Source: Ruminococcus sp.
GTDB lineage: Bacteria > Bacillota > Clostridia > Oscillospirales > Ruminococcaceae
Assembly (NCBI GenBank): GCA_015066665.1
Contig: SVNX01000003.1
Span: forward strand, 39,074 to 103,073
Length of the DNA: 64,000 nucleotides
Direction: 5' to 3'
In this document: positions 18,359 to 28,195 of the stretch, in pieces
Numbering within the stretch: position 1 is the stretch's first letter
Layout of the letters: the number at the start of each line of letters is the position of its first letter
Translations under genes and position numbers: made by a program
Notes under the pieces: generated by a model
The model's input: only the letters and a program-made list of their open reading frames with translations
Told to the model about the DNA's origin: nothing
Databases searched by the model: none

Positions 18359-18778
18359 TTATGCCTCCGCTCCGACCAGTGCAAAGGAGAACTCGGCAGA
18401 AACTGCCAGCTTGCCGTTCACAAAGCCCTTGCCCTTGGCAAAGTAGAACGGTCCCTTGGATCTGGTGATTTCGCATTCGGTTTCGTATGTATCGCCGGGG
18501 TGTACGGGGGTTCTGAACTTGACCTTGTCAAGACCCGTGAAATAGGGTGTGCAGCCGGAGCACTGCTCAGCGAGCAGCACGCAGGCGGACTGTGCGAGGA
18601 TCTCGCACAGGATCACACCGGGCACGACAGGATTGCCCGGAAAATGGCCCTTGAGGAACCATTCATCACCGGTGATGTGCAGCTTGCCGTGCGCCTTGCC
18701 GTCCTCGGCAGTGGCTTCATCGAGCAGCAGCATATTATCACGATGGGGGAGAATCTGCTTCAGTTCTTCTTGCAGCAT
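18359..18778 (-). CDS. fabZ: 3-hydroxyacyl-ACP dehydratase
   Basis: LPHRDNMLLLD and GHFPGNPVVPGVILCE hot-dog motifs. Confidence 0.9.
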   Translation of the reverse strand: MLQEELKQILPHRDNMLLLDEATAEDGKAHGKLHITGDEWFLKGHFPGNPVVPGVILCEILAQSACVLLAEQCSGCTPYFTGLDKVKFRTPVHPGDTYETECEITRSKGPFYFAKGKGFVNGKLAVSAEFSFALVGAEA

Positions 18779-18789
18779 ACTGTGCCTCC

Positions 18790-20013
18790 TCAGATCTTCT
18801 TGAATGCCACAACGGCATTGTGACCGCCGAAGCCCAGATTGGAGGACATTGCCAGCTCCAGATCGGCCTTCACAGCAGTGTTGGGTGTATAGTCCAGATC
18901 GCAGTCCGGATCGGCTTCCTTATAGTTGATGGTGGGGGGAACGAGACCCTCAGTCAGTGCGAGTACAGCGGCAATGGCCTCAACGGTACCGGTGGCACCG
19001 AGCATATGACCGGTCATGGACTTGGTGGAGCTGATGTGCAGCTTCTTTGCATCCTCGCCGAAGGCACGCTTGAGACCTGCAGTCTCCGTCTTGTCGTTCA
19101 GGGGTGTGCTGGTGCCGTGTGCATTGACATAGATCTTCTCAGCAGGCACGCCGCAGTCACCGTAAGCATCGAGGAAAGCCTTTGCGATGTACTTGGCATC
19201 CGGATCGGGAGCAGTCACATGATGGGCATCGCAGGTGGAGCCATAGCCGCAGACTTCGGCGATGATGTTGGCACCTCTTGCCACAGCGTGATCATAGTCC
19301 TCAAGTACCATAACACCGGCACCCTCAGCCATAACAAAGCCGCTTCTGCGCTTGTCGAAGGGTACGCATGCTTCGTTCTTATCGGAAGCAGGTGTCAGAG
19401 CCTGGCAGTTGCCGAAGCCTGCTACGGTCAGGGGATTGATGGCAGCCTCGGCGCCGCCGCAGATCATGGCATCCGCATAGCCATGGAGAATGGTACGGTA
19501 TGCTTCACCGATGGCAGTGGCACCGGTGGCACATGCTGTGGAAACAGCGGTGCAGGGGCCGTTTGCCTCAAAACGGATGGCAATGTTGCCGGCTGCAATA
19601 TTGTAGATCATCTTGGGTACGAACTGGGGAGAAACACGTCTTACGCCCTTTTCGAGGAGATTGACATGCTCGCCGCAGAGTGTCTCGATGCCGCCGATAC
19701 CGGAACCAAAGCATACACCCAGACGATCGCTCTCGATGTTGCCCTTGAGGCCGCTCTGTGCCATCGCCTCATCCGCAGCCACCATTGCATACTGTGTGAA
19801 GGCATCGGTCTTGCGGGCGGTCATCTTGTCGAGCAGAGCCACAGCGTCGAAGTCCTTGACTTCGCCGGCCATGGTGTACTTGGACTCGGAAACATCAAAC
19901 TTTGTGATGGTGTCAATACCATTCTTGCCGGCAAACATAGCTTCCTTGAAAGCAGCGACATTGTTGCCGATGGGTGTTACAGCACCCATGCCTGTAATTA
20001 CAACTCTTCTCAT
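18790..20013 (-). CDS. fabF: 3-oxoacyl-ACP synthase II
   Basis: MRRVVITGMGAVTPIG start after a GGAGGA RBS. Active-site context ACATG and HGTSTP..GH. Confidence 0.9.
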   Translation of the reverse strand: MRRVVITGMGAVTPIGNNVAAFKEAMFAGKNGIDTITKFDVSESKYTMAGEVKDFDAVALLDKMTARKTDAFTQYAMVAADEAMAQSGLKGNIESDRLGVCFGSGIGGIETLCGEHVNLLEKGVRRVSPQFVPKMIYNIAAGNIAIRFEANGPCTAVSTACATGATAIGEAYRTILHGYADAMICGGAEAAINPLTVAGFGNCQALTPASDKNEACVPFDKRRSGFVMAEGAGVMVLEDYDHAVARGANIIAEVCGYGSTCDAHHVTAPDPDAKYIAKAFLDAYGDCGVPAEKIYVNAHGTSTPLNDKTETAGLKRAFGEDAKKLHISSTKSMTGHMLGATGTVEAIAAVLALTEGLVPPTINYKEADPDCDLDYTPNTAVKADLELAMSSNLGFGGHNAVVAFKKI

Positions 20014-20370
20014 CTTTTTCCTCCTACATACTGTGAAAGAATCTATTTGTATCTTGAATCGTCCGAAGGGACGATGCAGTCTGTCGAAAAAGCCCCGTCC
20101 AGCCACTGCACCTGAACGGCGCAGGGCTGGACTCGTATTTTTAGTTTAGTTGCGCCTTCGGCGCATATAGGGGGCTGTGCCCCCTATAACCCTCAATAAA
20201 TAGCCAAAAAGCACTCTGCAAGAGGGCGGGTTGAGGGTGCGGCAGCACCCTCCCTCTTTCCCCCTCCCCTTTGGGTAGGGGGTAGGGGGTGGGGCAAAAT
20301 TAAGCGAAATCATACTTTTTTGACAAGCTGAATCGTCCGAAGGGACGATGAATGTTCTTGTGTCAGGGCG

Positions 20371-21105
20371 TTACATTGCCATGCCGCCGTCAATGCGGAT
20401 GACTTCGCCTGTGATGTAATCCGATGCGGGGGAAGCCAGGAACAGGGCAAGGCCTGCTACTTCCTCGGGCTTGCCGAAACGGCCGCAGGGGATGGACTTC
20501 TTCAGATCCTCGTTCTCCTGGAAGCTGGTGGTCATGGGTGTGGCAATGAAGCCGGGGGCGATTGCATTGCAGGTCACGCCTCTGGCAGCCAGTTCCTTGG
20601 CAGTGGACTTTGTCAGACCGATGATGCCTGCCTTGGAAGAGGAGTAGTTTGCCTGACCGGCATTGCCGAACAGACCGGATACGGAGCTGATGTTGATGAT
20701 CTTGCCGTACTTCTTCTTCATCATGGGACGATAGAACTGCTTGATCATGTAGAATGCACCCTTGAGGTTCACATCGATAACGGCATCAAAATCAGCCTCG
20801 GACATCTTCAGGATCAGATTATCCCTTGTGATGCCAGCGTTGTTGACGAGAATATCCACACCGCCGAAATCTGCCAGGATCTGCTTGCAGGTGTCGGCAA
20901 CAGCAGCGCTGTCGGCCACATTGCACTGATAGGTTCTGACTGTCACGCCCAGTGCGGCGATGGTGTCCGCAGCAGCCTGTGCCTTTTCGGGTGCACAGAT
21001 ATCAACGAGTGCAATGTCTGCACCGTTCTCTGCCATCTTCTTACAAATTTCCAAACCGATGCCCTGGGATCCGCCAGTGACTACGGCAACCTTTCCTTTC
21101 AGCAT
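20371..21105 (-). CDS. fabG: 3-oxoacyl-ACP reductase
   Basis: SDR motifs VTGGSQGIG, NNAG and Y-x3-K (YSSSKAG). Start is uncertain (21105, 21114 or 21123). Confidence 0.88.
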   Translation of the reverse strand: MLKGKVAVVTGGSQGIGLEICKKMAENGADIALVDICAPEKAQAAADTIAALGVTVRTYQCNVADSAAVADTCKQILADFGGVDILVNNAGITRDNLILKMSEADFDAVIDVNLKGAFYMIKQFYRPMMKKKYGKIINISSVSGLFGNAGQANYSSSKAGIIGLTKSTAKELAARGVTCNAIAPGFIATPMTTSFQENEDLKKSIPCGRFGKPEEVAGLALFLASPASDYITGEVIRIDGGMAM

Positions 21106-21175
21106 TGCTGTCATTCCTCTCAATCAATTTATTTCAATGAAACGGGCGGCAGAGTGCCGCCCGACGGGACCAGTC

Positions 21176-22090
21176 TTAGCCCTTGAGTGCGGCCAGTGTC
21201 TCTGCAAGACCCGCTGCATTCTCCACGCAGTAGCACTTGGCCTCGGGGAGAATCTGGGAAACCAGCTTCTGCAGGGTGTTGCCTGCACCGCATTCCACGA
21301 AGGTATCAAAGCCTTCAGCGGCCATACCGCGGATGAGCTGTGTCCACTTGACGGGATTGTTGATCTGACTGCACATCAGTGCCTTGGGGTCGCCCTCATA
21401 GGGCTGGGAAGTGAAGTTGGAGTATACGGGGATCTCCGGCAGCTTCACATCAAATTCCTCCAGAGCCTTGGCAAACGGCTCCACAGCAGGGGTCATGTAG
21501 GGGGAGTGGAATGCACCGCTGACTGCGAGCGGCACAGCACGGCCCTTGACAGCCTTGACATCGGCACTGAGGGCAGCAAGCTGCTCCTTATCGCCGGATA
21601 CAACCAGCTGCATGGGGGAATTGTAGTTTACGGGATAAACCTTGTCATACTTGGCGGCCAGCTCCTCAGCCTGCTCGCTGGGGATTCTGACAATGGCAGC
21701 CATGGATGCAATGTCTGCATCGGAGGCAGCTGCCATGCAGGCACCTCTCTTTGTGGCAATGGCAAAGCCATCTGCTGCACTGTATGCACCGGCAAAGGCA
21801 AGTGCAGGGATCTCACCGAGGGAGAAGCCGGCAACCGCATCGGGGGTGATGCCGTTTTCCTTCAGTGCCACAGCAGCGGCAAGATCAGCCAGATACAGAC
21901 AGGGCTGTGTGTTTTCTGTCTGCTTGAGTGCCGTGCCGTCGCCTGTGAAGCACTGCGCAAGTGTGCCGGGACGAATGGCCTCGGCGGCCTCATAGATGGC
22001 CTTCACTGCCGGAACGGTCTCATAGAAATCCTGACCCATGCCCACATGCTGTGCGCCCTGGCCGGAAAATACGAATGCTACTTTACCCAT
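21176..22090 (-). CDS. fabD: Malonyl-CoA-ACP transacylase
   Basis: FVFSGQGAQ and AGFSLGE active-site serine motif. Confidence 0.9.
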   Translation of the reverse strand: MGKVAFVFSGQGAQHVGMGQDFYETVPAVKAIYEAAEAIRPGTLAQCFTGDGTALKQTENTQPCLYLADLAAAVALKENGITPDAVAGFSLGEIPALAFAGAYSAADGFAIATKRGACMAAASDADIASMAAIVRIPSEQAEELAAKYDKVYPVNYNSPMQLVVSGDKEQLAALSADVKAVKGRAVPLAVSGAFHSPYMTPAVEPFAKALEEFDVKLPEIPVYSNFTSQPYEGDPKALMCSQINNPVKWTQLIRGMAAEGFDTFVECGAGNTLQKLVSQILPEAKCYCVENAAGLAETLAALKG

Positions 22091-23028
22091 GCTGCTGCTC
22101 CTTTCAGGATGGCTTCCGCCTCCTGCATGATCTCAGTGATGATCTCCTCGCAGGTCTGTTCCTTCTTGACAAGGCCGGAGATCTGACCCGCCAGTACGCT
22201 GCCCTGCTTCACATCGCCGTCCACTGCAGCCTTGCGCAGGGAACCGGCACCGAGCATGGCAATGCTGTCAGGTGTGGCCTCGGGGGCGTATTCTTCCTTG
22301 ATGAAGTTGCGGGTAAAATTGTTCTTGATGCCGCGGCAGGTGTTGCCGCCGAAGCGTCTGCCGGTCACCTGTGTGGAAATATCCTTGGCGCCCAGAACCA
22401 TATCCTTGTAATTCTGATGTACGCCGCATTCCTTGGCAACGAGGAAGCGTGTGCCCATCTGTACACCGCAGGCACCCAGCATCAGGGAGGCGGCAATGCC
22501 TCTGCCGTCAGCAATGCCGCCGGCTGCCAGAACGGGGATGCTTACGGCATCCACAACCTGGGGTACCAGTGCCATGGTGGTCAGCTCACCGATGTGGCCG
22601 CCGGACTCCTGTCCTTCGGCAATCACAGCATCGGCACCGGCCTTTTCAGCCTGCTTTGCCATGGCTGCGGAAGCAACAACCGGAATCACCTTGATGCCGG
22701 CTTCCTTCCACATGGGAATGTACTTTGCCGCACTGCCGGCACCTGTTGTGACCACAGCGGGCTTCATATCTGCACAAACCTGTGCACATTCGTCCGCAAA
22801 GGGACTCATCAGCATAATATTCACGCCAAAGGGACGATCTGTCAGGCCCTTTGCGATGGTAATCTGTTCTTTCAAATATTCTGCGTTTGCATTCATAGCG
22901 GAGATGATGCCAAGACCGCCGGCATTGGAAACCGCTGCGGCAAGCTTGCCGTCAGCGATCCATGCCATGCCGCCCTGAAATACAGGGTACTGAATGCCGA
23001 GAATTTCACAAATCGGCGACTGCATCAT
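22078..23028 (-). CDS. fabK: Enoyl-ACP reductase II (FMN-dependent, nitronate monooxygenase fold)
   Basis: IQYPVFQGGMAWI and AEGQESGGHIG motifs. Positioned between acpP and fabD. Confidence 0.85.
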   Translation of the reverse strand: MMQSPICEILGIQYPVFQGGMAWIADGKLAAAVSNAGGLGIISAMNANAEYLKEQITIAKGLTDRPFGVNIMLMSPFADECAQVCADMKPAVVTTGAGSAAKYIPMWKEAGIKVIPVVASAAMAKQAEKAGADAVIAEGQESGGHIGELTTMALVPQVVDAVSIPVLAAGGIADGRGIAASLMLGACGVQMGTRFLVAKECGVHQNYKDMVLGAKDISTQVTGRRFGGNTCRGIKNNFTRNFIKEEYAPEATPDSIAMLGAGSLRKAAVDGDVKQGSVLAGQISGLVKKEQTCEEIITEIMQEAEAILKGAAAWVK

Positions 23029-23030
23029 AC

Positions 23031-23258
23031 TTATGCCTCGTCAACCAGTGCTTCTACTGCAGCAACCAGCTTGCCAACTGTGTTCAGCTCAGGATTCATT
23101 TCCAGAGTAATGCCGAACTCGTCTTCCAGATCCATGGTCATCTCAGTGATGTCCAGAGAATCAATGCCCAGATCAGCAAACTTTGTGTCTGCGGTGATCT
23201 CAGAAGCGTCTACGTCAGTTGTCTCTGCCAGCATCTCGATAATTTTTTCCTGTACCAT
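23031..23258 (-). CDS. acpP: Acyl carrier protein
   Basis: 75 aa with the LGIDSLDITEM phosphopantetheine serine motif. Confidence 0.92.
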   Translation of the reverse strand: MVQEKIIEMLAETTDVDASEITADTKFADLGIDSLDITEMTMDLEDEFGITLEMNPELNTVGKLVAAVEALVDEA

Positions 23259-23315
23259 TGTTTTTTCTCCTTTTATATGATATAATGTGTATATGTGAAC
23301 CGGTTCGTCCGGTAA

Positions 23316-24269
23316 TCACCATTCAATGAGGCAAGCCATGTTGGACAGGCCGCCGCCGAAGGCTGTGAGGATCAGCTTGTCACCGCGCTTGAGATTGCCG
23401 CTCATGTGCAGCTCGTGCAGTGCGATCGGCACGGAAGCACTGGATGTGTTGCCGTACTTATCAATGTTGACCATCATCTTGTCCTCGGAAATCTTGAGCT
23501 TCTTGCAGGCAAAGTCGATGATTCTCTTATTTGCCTGATGCGGTACGATGTAAGCGATATCATCCATGGTCAGGCCGTTGCGGTCAAGCAGGCTCTGAAT
23601 ATCATCGCAGATGGCGCTGACTGCATACTTGAAGGTCTCCTGACCCTGCATGTGGATGTAGGGGGTATCCTGCTCCGTCTTGAAGAAGGGAGAACAACCC
23701 AGTGCATGGGGGATCTTGATGACATCATCGCCGCCCTTTACAGTGCAGACAACGTCCAGATAATTGCTGCCCTGTTCCAGAACAGCTGCGCCCGCACCGT
23801 CACCGAAGATGACACAGGTGCCGCGGTCGCTCCAGTCGAGGATGCCGCTCATACGCTCGCAGCCGACGACCAGGATCTTCTTGTAGCGGCCAAGTGCAAA
23901 ATAGGCAGCTGCGGTATCCAGCAGATACAGGAATGCAGCGCACGCTGCATTGATTTCCAGTGCGGGGCAGGTGGCACCGATCCGGTTCTGGATCATGCAG
24001 GCCATGGACGGGGAAACGGTCTCGCCGCTGACGGAAGCTGCCAGAATCAGATCCACATCCGCTGCGGTGCAGCCGGCGTTGTCCAGTGCAGCCTGTGCTG
24101 CCTTGGCACCCATCTCGGAAGTGAATTCTGTCTCGGAGATGCGGCGTTCCTTGATGCCGACTCTCTTGGTGATCCACTCGTCGTTGGTTTCCACGATCTG
24201 TGCCAGATCATCATTGGTTACGACCTTTTCAGGTACATACATACCTGTACCGATAATTTTAAAACTCAT
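23316..24269 (-). CDS. fabH: 3-oxoacyl-ACP synthase III
   Basis: Start MSFKIIGTGMYVPEK after an AAGGAGG RBS. Cys context NAACAAF and PHQAN His motif. Confidence 0.9.
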   Translation of the reverse strand: MSFKIIGTGMYVPEKVVTNDDLAQIVETNDEWITKRVGIKERRISETEFTSEMGAKAAQAALDNAGCTAADVDLILAASVSGETVSPSMACMIQNRIGATCPALEINAACAAFLYLLDTAAAYFALGRYKKILVVGCERMSGILDWSDRGTCVIFGDGAGAAVLEQGSNYLDVVCTVKGGDDVIKIPHALGCSPFFKTEQDTPYIHMQGQETFKYAVSAICDDIQSLLDRNGLTMDDIAYIVPHQANKRIIDFACKKLKISEDKMMVNIDKYGNTSSASVPIALHELHMSGNLKRGDKLILTAFGGGLSNMACLIEW

Positions 24270-24479
24270 TGTATTGCCTCCTTGTGCACGGTCGTGCACA
24301 TCACTTTCTGCAAAGTCTGTTTACTGATTAGTACCGGATTGATACCGTTTTGTTACAAAAATGCAGTACAAACTTTGGGCGTGTGACATATCAGTTTTTG
24401 GTGATTATGCCAAATGCAGCCGTTGTAACGTTTTGGCGTGCAGACGGTACTAACCTATTAAGAAAGCGTAGGTGCATTC

Positions 24480-24992
24480 ATGAAACGTGAATTCGAAGCC
24501 TTGTATGAAGAATATTTCCCCCGGATCTATGCGTTCCTTTTCAAACTGACGAACCAGCGGGATCTGGCGGAGGAGCTGACGCAGGAGACGTTCTATCAGG
24601 TGTTTATTTCGTTCCACCGGTTCCGCGGTGACAGCGATGTGTTCACATGGCTTGCGTCGATCGCAAAGCATACATATTATAAACATCTGCGGAAGAACCG
24701 GCATCAGACGGATGCCATCAGCACGGAGCTGCTTGCTGAGGTCTATTACAGTGAGAATGCGGAGCATCTGGAGGATGCTGTGGAAAAACAGCTGCTGCTG
24801 GAGAGCATACGGCGTGCATTGACAACGCTGCCGAAGAAATATCAGGATGTGACCATTCTGCGGATCTATGCGGATATGTCGTATGCACAGATCGGTGATG
24901 CGCTGCATATCAGTGAGAATTCCGCACGAGTGATTTATTACAGAGCAAAGAAAATGATGATGGAGGCGATCCGGAATGAATATGACATGTAA
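24480..24992 (+). CDS. ECF-type RNA polymerase sigma factor
   Basis: Sigma-70 region 2 (EELTQETFYQVF) and region 4 HTH (MSYAQIGDALHISENSARVIYYRAKKMM). Confidence 0.85.
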   Translation: MKREFEALYEEYFPRIYAFLFKLTNQRDLAEELTQETFYQVFISFHRFRGDSDVFTWLASIAKHTYYKHLRKNRHQTDAISTELLAEVYYSENAEHLEDAVEKQLLLESIRRALTTLPKKYQDVTILRIYADMSYAQIGDALHISENSARVIYYRAKKMMMEAIRNEYDM

Positions 24993-25323
24993 AATTGCAA
25001 TGGATCTTGCAGAACTATATAAAGCGGGCATTGTCAGCAAGGAGAGCGCAGAGGCCATCAAGCGCCATCTTCGCAGCTGCGAGTCCTGCCGGAAGTACTA
25101 TAAGGATTGTGAAGCGGCCAGCAGACACCGCTTCCTCGTAAATAATGCCCTCTCCGAGAACGATGTTACCCATGCCGAAGCAAGGGGCTATGCCGCAATT
25201 TCCCGCAAGCTCCGCAGACATCGCATGCTCCAGCTCATGGGCATCGGTGCTGCCATGGGCATTGGTGCCGCTGCACTGACGGCCGGTATCGTCATGATGC
25301 ACAAAGGCAGCACAGAACACTGA
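24976..25323 (+). CDS. Anti-sigma factor (zf-HC2) with a C-terminal TM helix
   Basis: H-x3-C-x2-C motif HLRSCESCRKY. Overlaps the sigma gene by 17 nt. TM helix GIGAAMGIGAAALTAGIVMM. Confidence 0.7.
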   Translation: MNMTCKIAMDLAELYKAGIVSKESAEAIKRHLRSCESCRKYYKDCEAASRHRFLVNNALSENDVTHAEARGYAAISRKLRRHRMLQLMGIGAAMGIGAAALTAGIVMMHKGSTEH

Positions 25324-25327
25324 TTCC

Positions 25328-25360
25328 AAAGGCCCCCGCACCCATGCGGGGGCCTTTTGT
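25328..25360 (+). terminator. Rho-independent terminator
   Basis: aaaggcccccgca-loop-tgcgggggccttt. Confidence 0.8.
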
Positions 25361-25502
25361 ATGCGCTTCAATGTTTTGTACAAATAGTCTCATATTTCAT
25401 AAAAATACGGAATGGAATACGTCGTATTGCACAAATAAGGGCGGTTTTTCTTATTTAAAAAGACGTTTTTGTGCAAGCGGATGGGAAATCTGTAAATACG
25501 GC

Positions 25503-25531
25503 TTGACTTTTAGCTAAATTTGTACTATAAT
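25503..25531 (+). promoter_or_regulatory. Sigma-70 type promoter
   Basis: TTGACT, 17-nt spacer, TATAAT. Confidence 0.65.
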
Positions 25532-25623
25532 GGTATGGTAAGTTGAGGGAGAAAAAGAGGCCTCAATCATGTCGGAGAACAGGCGTTTTCCGGAAAAATA
25601 AATAAGAATGAGGAGAAATTGAC

Positions 25624-26307
25624 ATGAGAAATGCAAAGAAGATGTTTGCGGCTGCCGCAATGTGTGCAGCTGTTGCTTCCATGGGCTGCATGGCTCTGAC
25701 CTGCAGTGCCGCTGAGGTACCCGCAGCAGATGCATATGTGTACTACCGCAGCGTGGATGAGGCAATTCGTTTTGAGGGCGTCGGCAATGAGGTCAACACA
25801 CTGGAAGCGACTCCGGTTTCCGTTGCAGCTGACGGCACCTATACAGTAGAACTGACTGCTGACAGCCTTGGCGAGATCGCAGTGCTGAAGCTCTATGTGG
25901 CTTCTGCTGAGGATCTTGGCGCTGCCGAGGTAACAGTGAACACCGTAAAGATCAACGGTGAAGAGGTGACTCTGGCAGAGACACCCGCAGCAGCAAAGTC
26001 CGAAAATGATATCTATCTCGACATCTGGGATACAAATGGCAAGCAGCTGTTTGACCGTACCGCATATCAGGATGCCACAAGCATCAGCATTGATTTTACG
26101 GTTGTCAACTGGCCTGTCGCTGAGACAACAACTGAGGAAACAACGACAGCACCTGAAACAACCACAACGGCAGCAGCTACCACAACAGCTGCCGCAACCA
26201 CTGCAGCAACAGTTTCCAACGCTGCAACCGGTGATCATGGAATGGTTATAGGCGGTGTACTCGCAGCGGCTGCAGCATGTGCGCTGCTTGCGATGAAGAA
26301 GAGATAA
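25624..26307 (+). CDS. Secreted cell-surface protein with a Thr-rich stalk and a C-terminal membrane/sorting-like anchor
   Basis: Signal peptide (..CSAAEV), ETTTEETTTAPETTTTAAATTT linker and C-terminal NAATGD followed by a hydrophobic helix and KKR. Confidence 0.6.
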   Translation: MRNAKKMFAAAAMCAAVASMGCMALTCSAAEVPAADAYVYYRSVDEAIRFEGVGNEVNTLEATPVSVAADGTYTVELTADSLGEIAVLKLYVASAEDLGAAEVTVNTVKINGEEVTLAETPAAAKSENDIYLDIWDTNGKQLFDRTAYQDATSISIDFTVVNWPVAETTTEETTTAPETTTTAAATTTAAATTAATVSNAATGDHGMVIGGVLAAAAACALLAMKKR

Positions 26308-26397
26308 GAACTGAAGAAGGCATTGCTTTTTAACTGATTACAGACGATGGTTTGATAATGGTTAGAAGCAATGCCGTTTTTTTAAGGAGGAGTAACG

Positions 26398-28152
26398 GTG
26401 AATATGCATCGATTCAAACGCCTGACGGCGGCTGTGCTGACGGCATCAGCACTTTTTCTGACTGCATGCGGCGCATTGCCGGCGGAGTACCCCGGCATTG
26501 TAGAGGAGCCTGAGGAGATTCTGATGGGCGAGAAGTTCCGTGTGAACTTCTTTTATCAGAACAACGAGAATACCTACTGCATCAGACAGAGCGGCAATGC
26601 CAACAAGTTCTTCAAGGCACTGCGTGATACTTATGCGGAGATGCACTACAGCGCACTCTCCAAGGACTATATCCTGGAGTACAACAATTCGGACGAGGCC
26701 TATCGGATCGCTGAGTTCAATCCGGCTGATTATGAGGGCACACCGCTTTGGGAAACCGCTCGTTCCTCCTACAGCGTCGAGGGTGATTTTGCTGACAATG
26801 AAGAGAGCTTCTATGTGATGGAAGGTAAGAACGGCGTCAGTATCATTCCGGATGAAAGCCGTACGGAAGGCGGCATTCTGTCCCTCTTCATGGATGAGGT
26901 GATCCGTGCTGATGTCCGGGGCTTCCGTGCTGCGGCAGAGGCCGAGGGTGAGACGGCGGATGCGCAGTCCGCCGCTCCGACAGCAGAGACGGCCGCACCG
27001 GCCGGCGATGCAGCGGAGGATTCCTTCTTCCAGAGCGAGGCCATCAACGTGATCTTCACGGATCTGAGCGAAAATGATATCACATACCTCGGCAAGCAGA
27101 TGCATGATTACTACACTGCCGACAATCGTTATGATGCCTGTGTCATGGCCATCAAGCTTGAGGTGGAAAAGAACAGCATGCTCTACTTCTCCGGCAAGGA
27201 GTCCGATAAGCTGACCGCCAAGCCCTCCGGCAATACCCGCTGGTATTACCTCGTGATGACCGGCCCCACAACGGATCTGGCCATCTTCGTGCAGAAGCTG
27301 ACACTGCAGCTCAAGGAAATCAATATTCCCGAGGGTATCGAGTACGGCGGCTATGAGCTGTCCGATCTGAATTTCACACCGGAAAACTTTGATCTGGAAA
27401 ACGATGTGGCCTTCCGGTCACTCGACGCTTCCGACGAGACCCTCACAGCGCTTGTCGAGGCAGAAGGCAAGGATGCGCTGTTTGAGAATGCCAATGTACG
27501 TCTTATGCCGGTTGAGGATAAGGCTTCTATTTTCCCCGTCGGACTTTATCGTGATGAAACGATTGAATTCCGCTATGATGCCTCCGAAAAGGCATTCGGT
27601 CTGAAGGGCTATCAGGGCGCTTCCACAAAGGACTGGGCACTGAATATCGACCTGCTCAAGGAGATCGAGAGTGCGGATGTCATTGCCGAATCCACTGATC
27701 TTGGCTATGTGTTCGGTGATCCCGTCATCTATTATCCCGAAAAGGGCAAGTGGGTGGAGATGGATCCCAACCATCAGGAACGCTTCTTCAAGAAGGTGGC
27801 CATTGATGAAGAGGATGGCAGACACCTGACCATCATTTCGGATAACGCCGACGAGTGCGGCATCCATACACTGTATATCACCGTACCCGTGCTGCAGCGT
27901 GCGACCGTCAGTCAGGTGGTCAGCGGCGATGCTGAAGCGGACACCGCATGGATTCTCAATGACTGCACCATCAAGGGCACCGACCCCAAGATGGAGGTCG
28001 TGCAGACCAATTTCTTCGATAAGTTCTACATCAATCTGATGGACATGCAGATCGAAGGGGCAAGAGATGAGAATAACAATGTGTATGAGGAGTACCGTGA
28101 TGTCTATGCACAGGTCGACGAGGTGAAGATCGTCATCGAAAACATTCACTGA
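26398..28152 (+). CDS. Hypothetical lipoprotein
   Basis: Lipobox ALFLTAC|G. GTG start after an AGGAGG RBS, with an alternative ATG at 26404. No recognised domain. Confidence 0.6.
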   Translation: MNMHRFKRLTAAVLTASALFLTACGALPAEYPGIVEEPEEILMGEKFRVNFFYQNNENTYCIRQSGNANKFFKALRDTYAEMHYSALSKDYILEYNNSDEAYRIAEFNPADYEGTPLWETARSSYSVEGDFADNEESFYVMEGKNGVSIIPDESRTEGGILSLFMDEVIRADVRGFRAAAEAEGETADAQSAAPTAETAAPAGDAAEDSFFQSEAINVIFTDLSENDITYLGKQMHDYYTADNRYDACVMAIKLEVEKNSMLYFSGKESDKLTAKPSGNTRWYYLVMTGPTTDLAIFVQKLTLQLKEINIPEGIEYGGYELSDLNFTPENFDLENDVAFRSLDASDETLTALVEAEGKDALFENANVRLMPVEDKASIFPVGLYRDETIEFRYDASEKAFGLKGYQGASTKDWALNIDLLKEIESADVIAESTDLGYVFGDPVIYYPEKGKWVEMDPNHQERFFKKVAIDEEDGRHLTIISDNADECGIHTLYITVPVLQRATVSQVVSGDAEADTAWILNDCTIKGTDPKMEVVQTNFFDKFYINLMDMQIEGARDENNNVYEEYRDVYAQVDEVKIVIENIH

Positions 28153-28195
28153 TCCGCTGTGCGAGTAAGATGCGACAATAAGGAGTTTTTCCGTT

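Noticed and set aside
16733-24269. Absence of accB/accC (and of a fapR/marR regulator) from the fab-acc cluster, considered as a possible anomaly
   Set aside because: Biotin carboxylase and BCCP genes are often encoded elsewhere in Firmicutes genomes. This cannot be judged from a 64-kb window and is not evidence of anything unusual.
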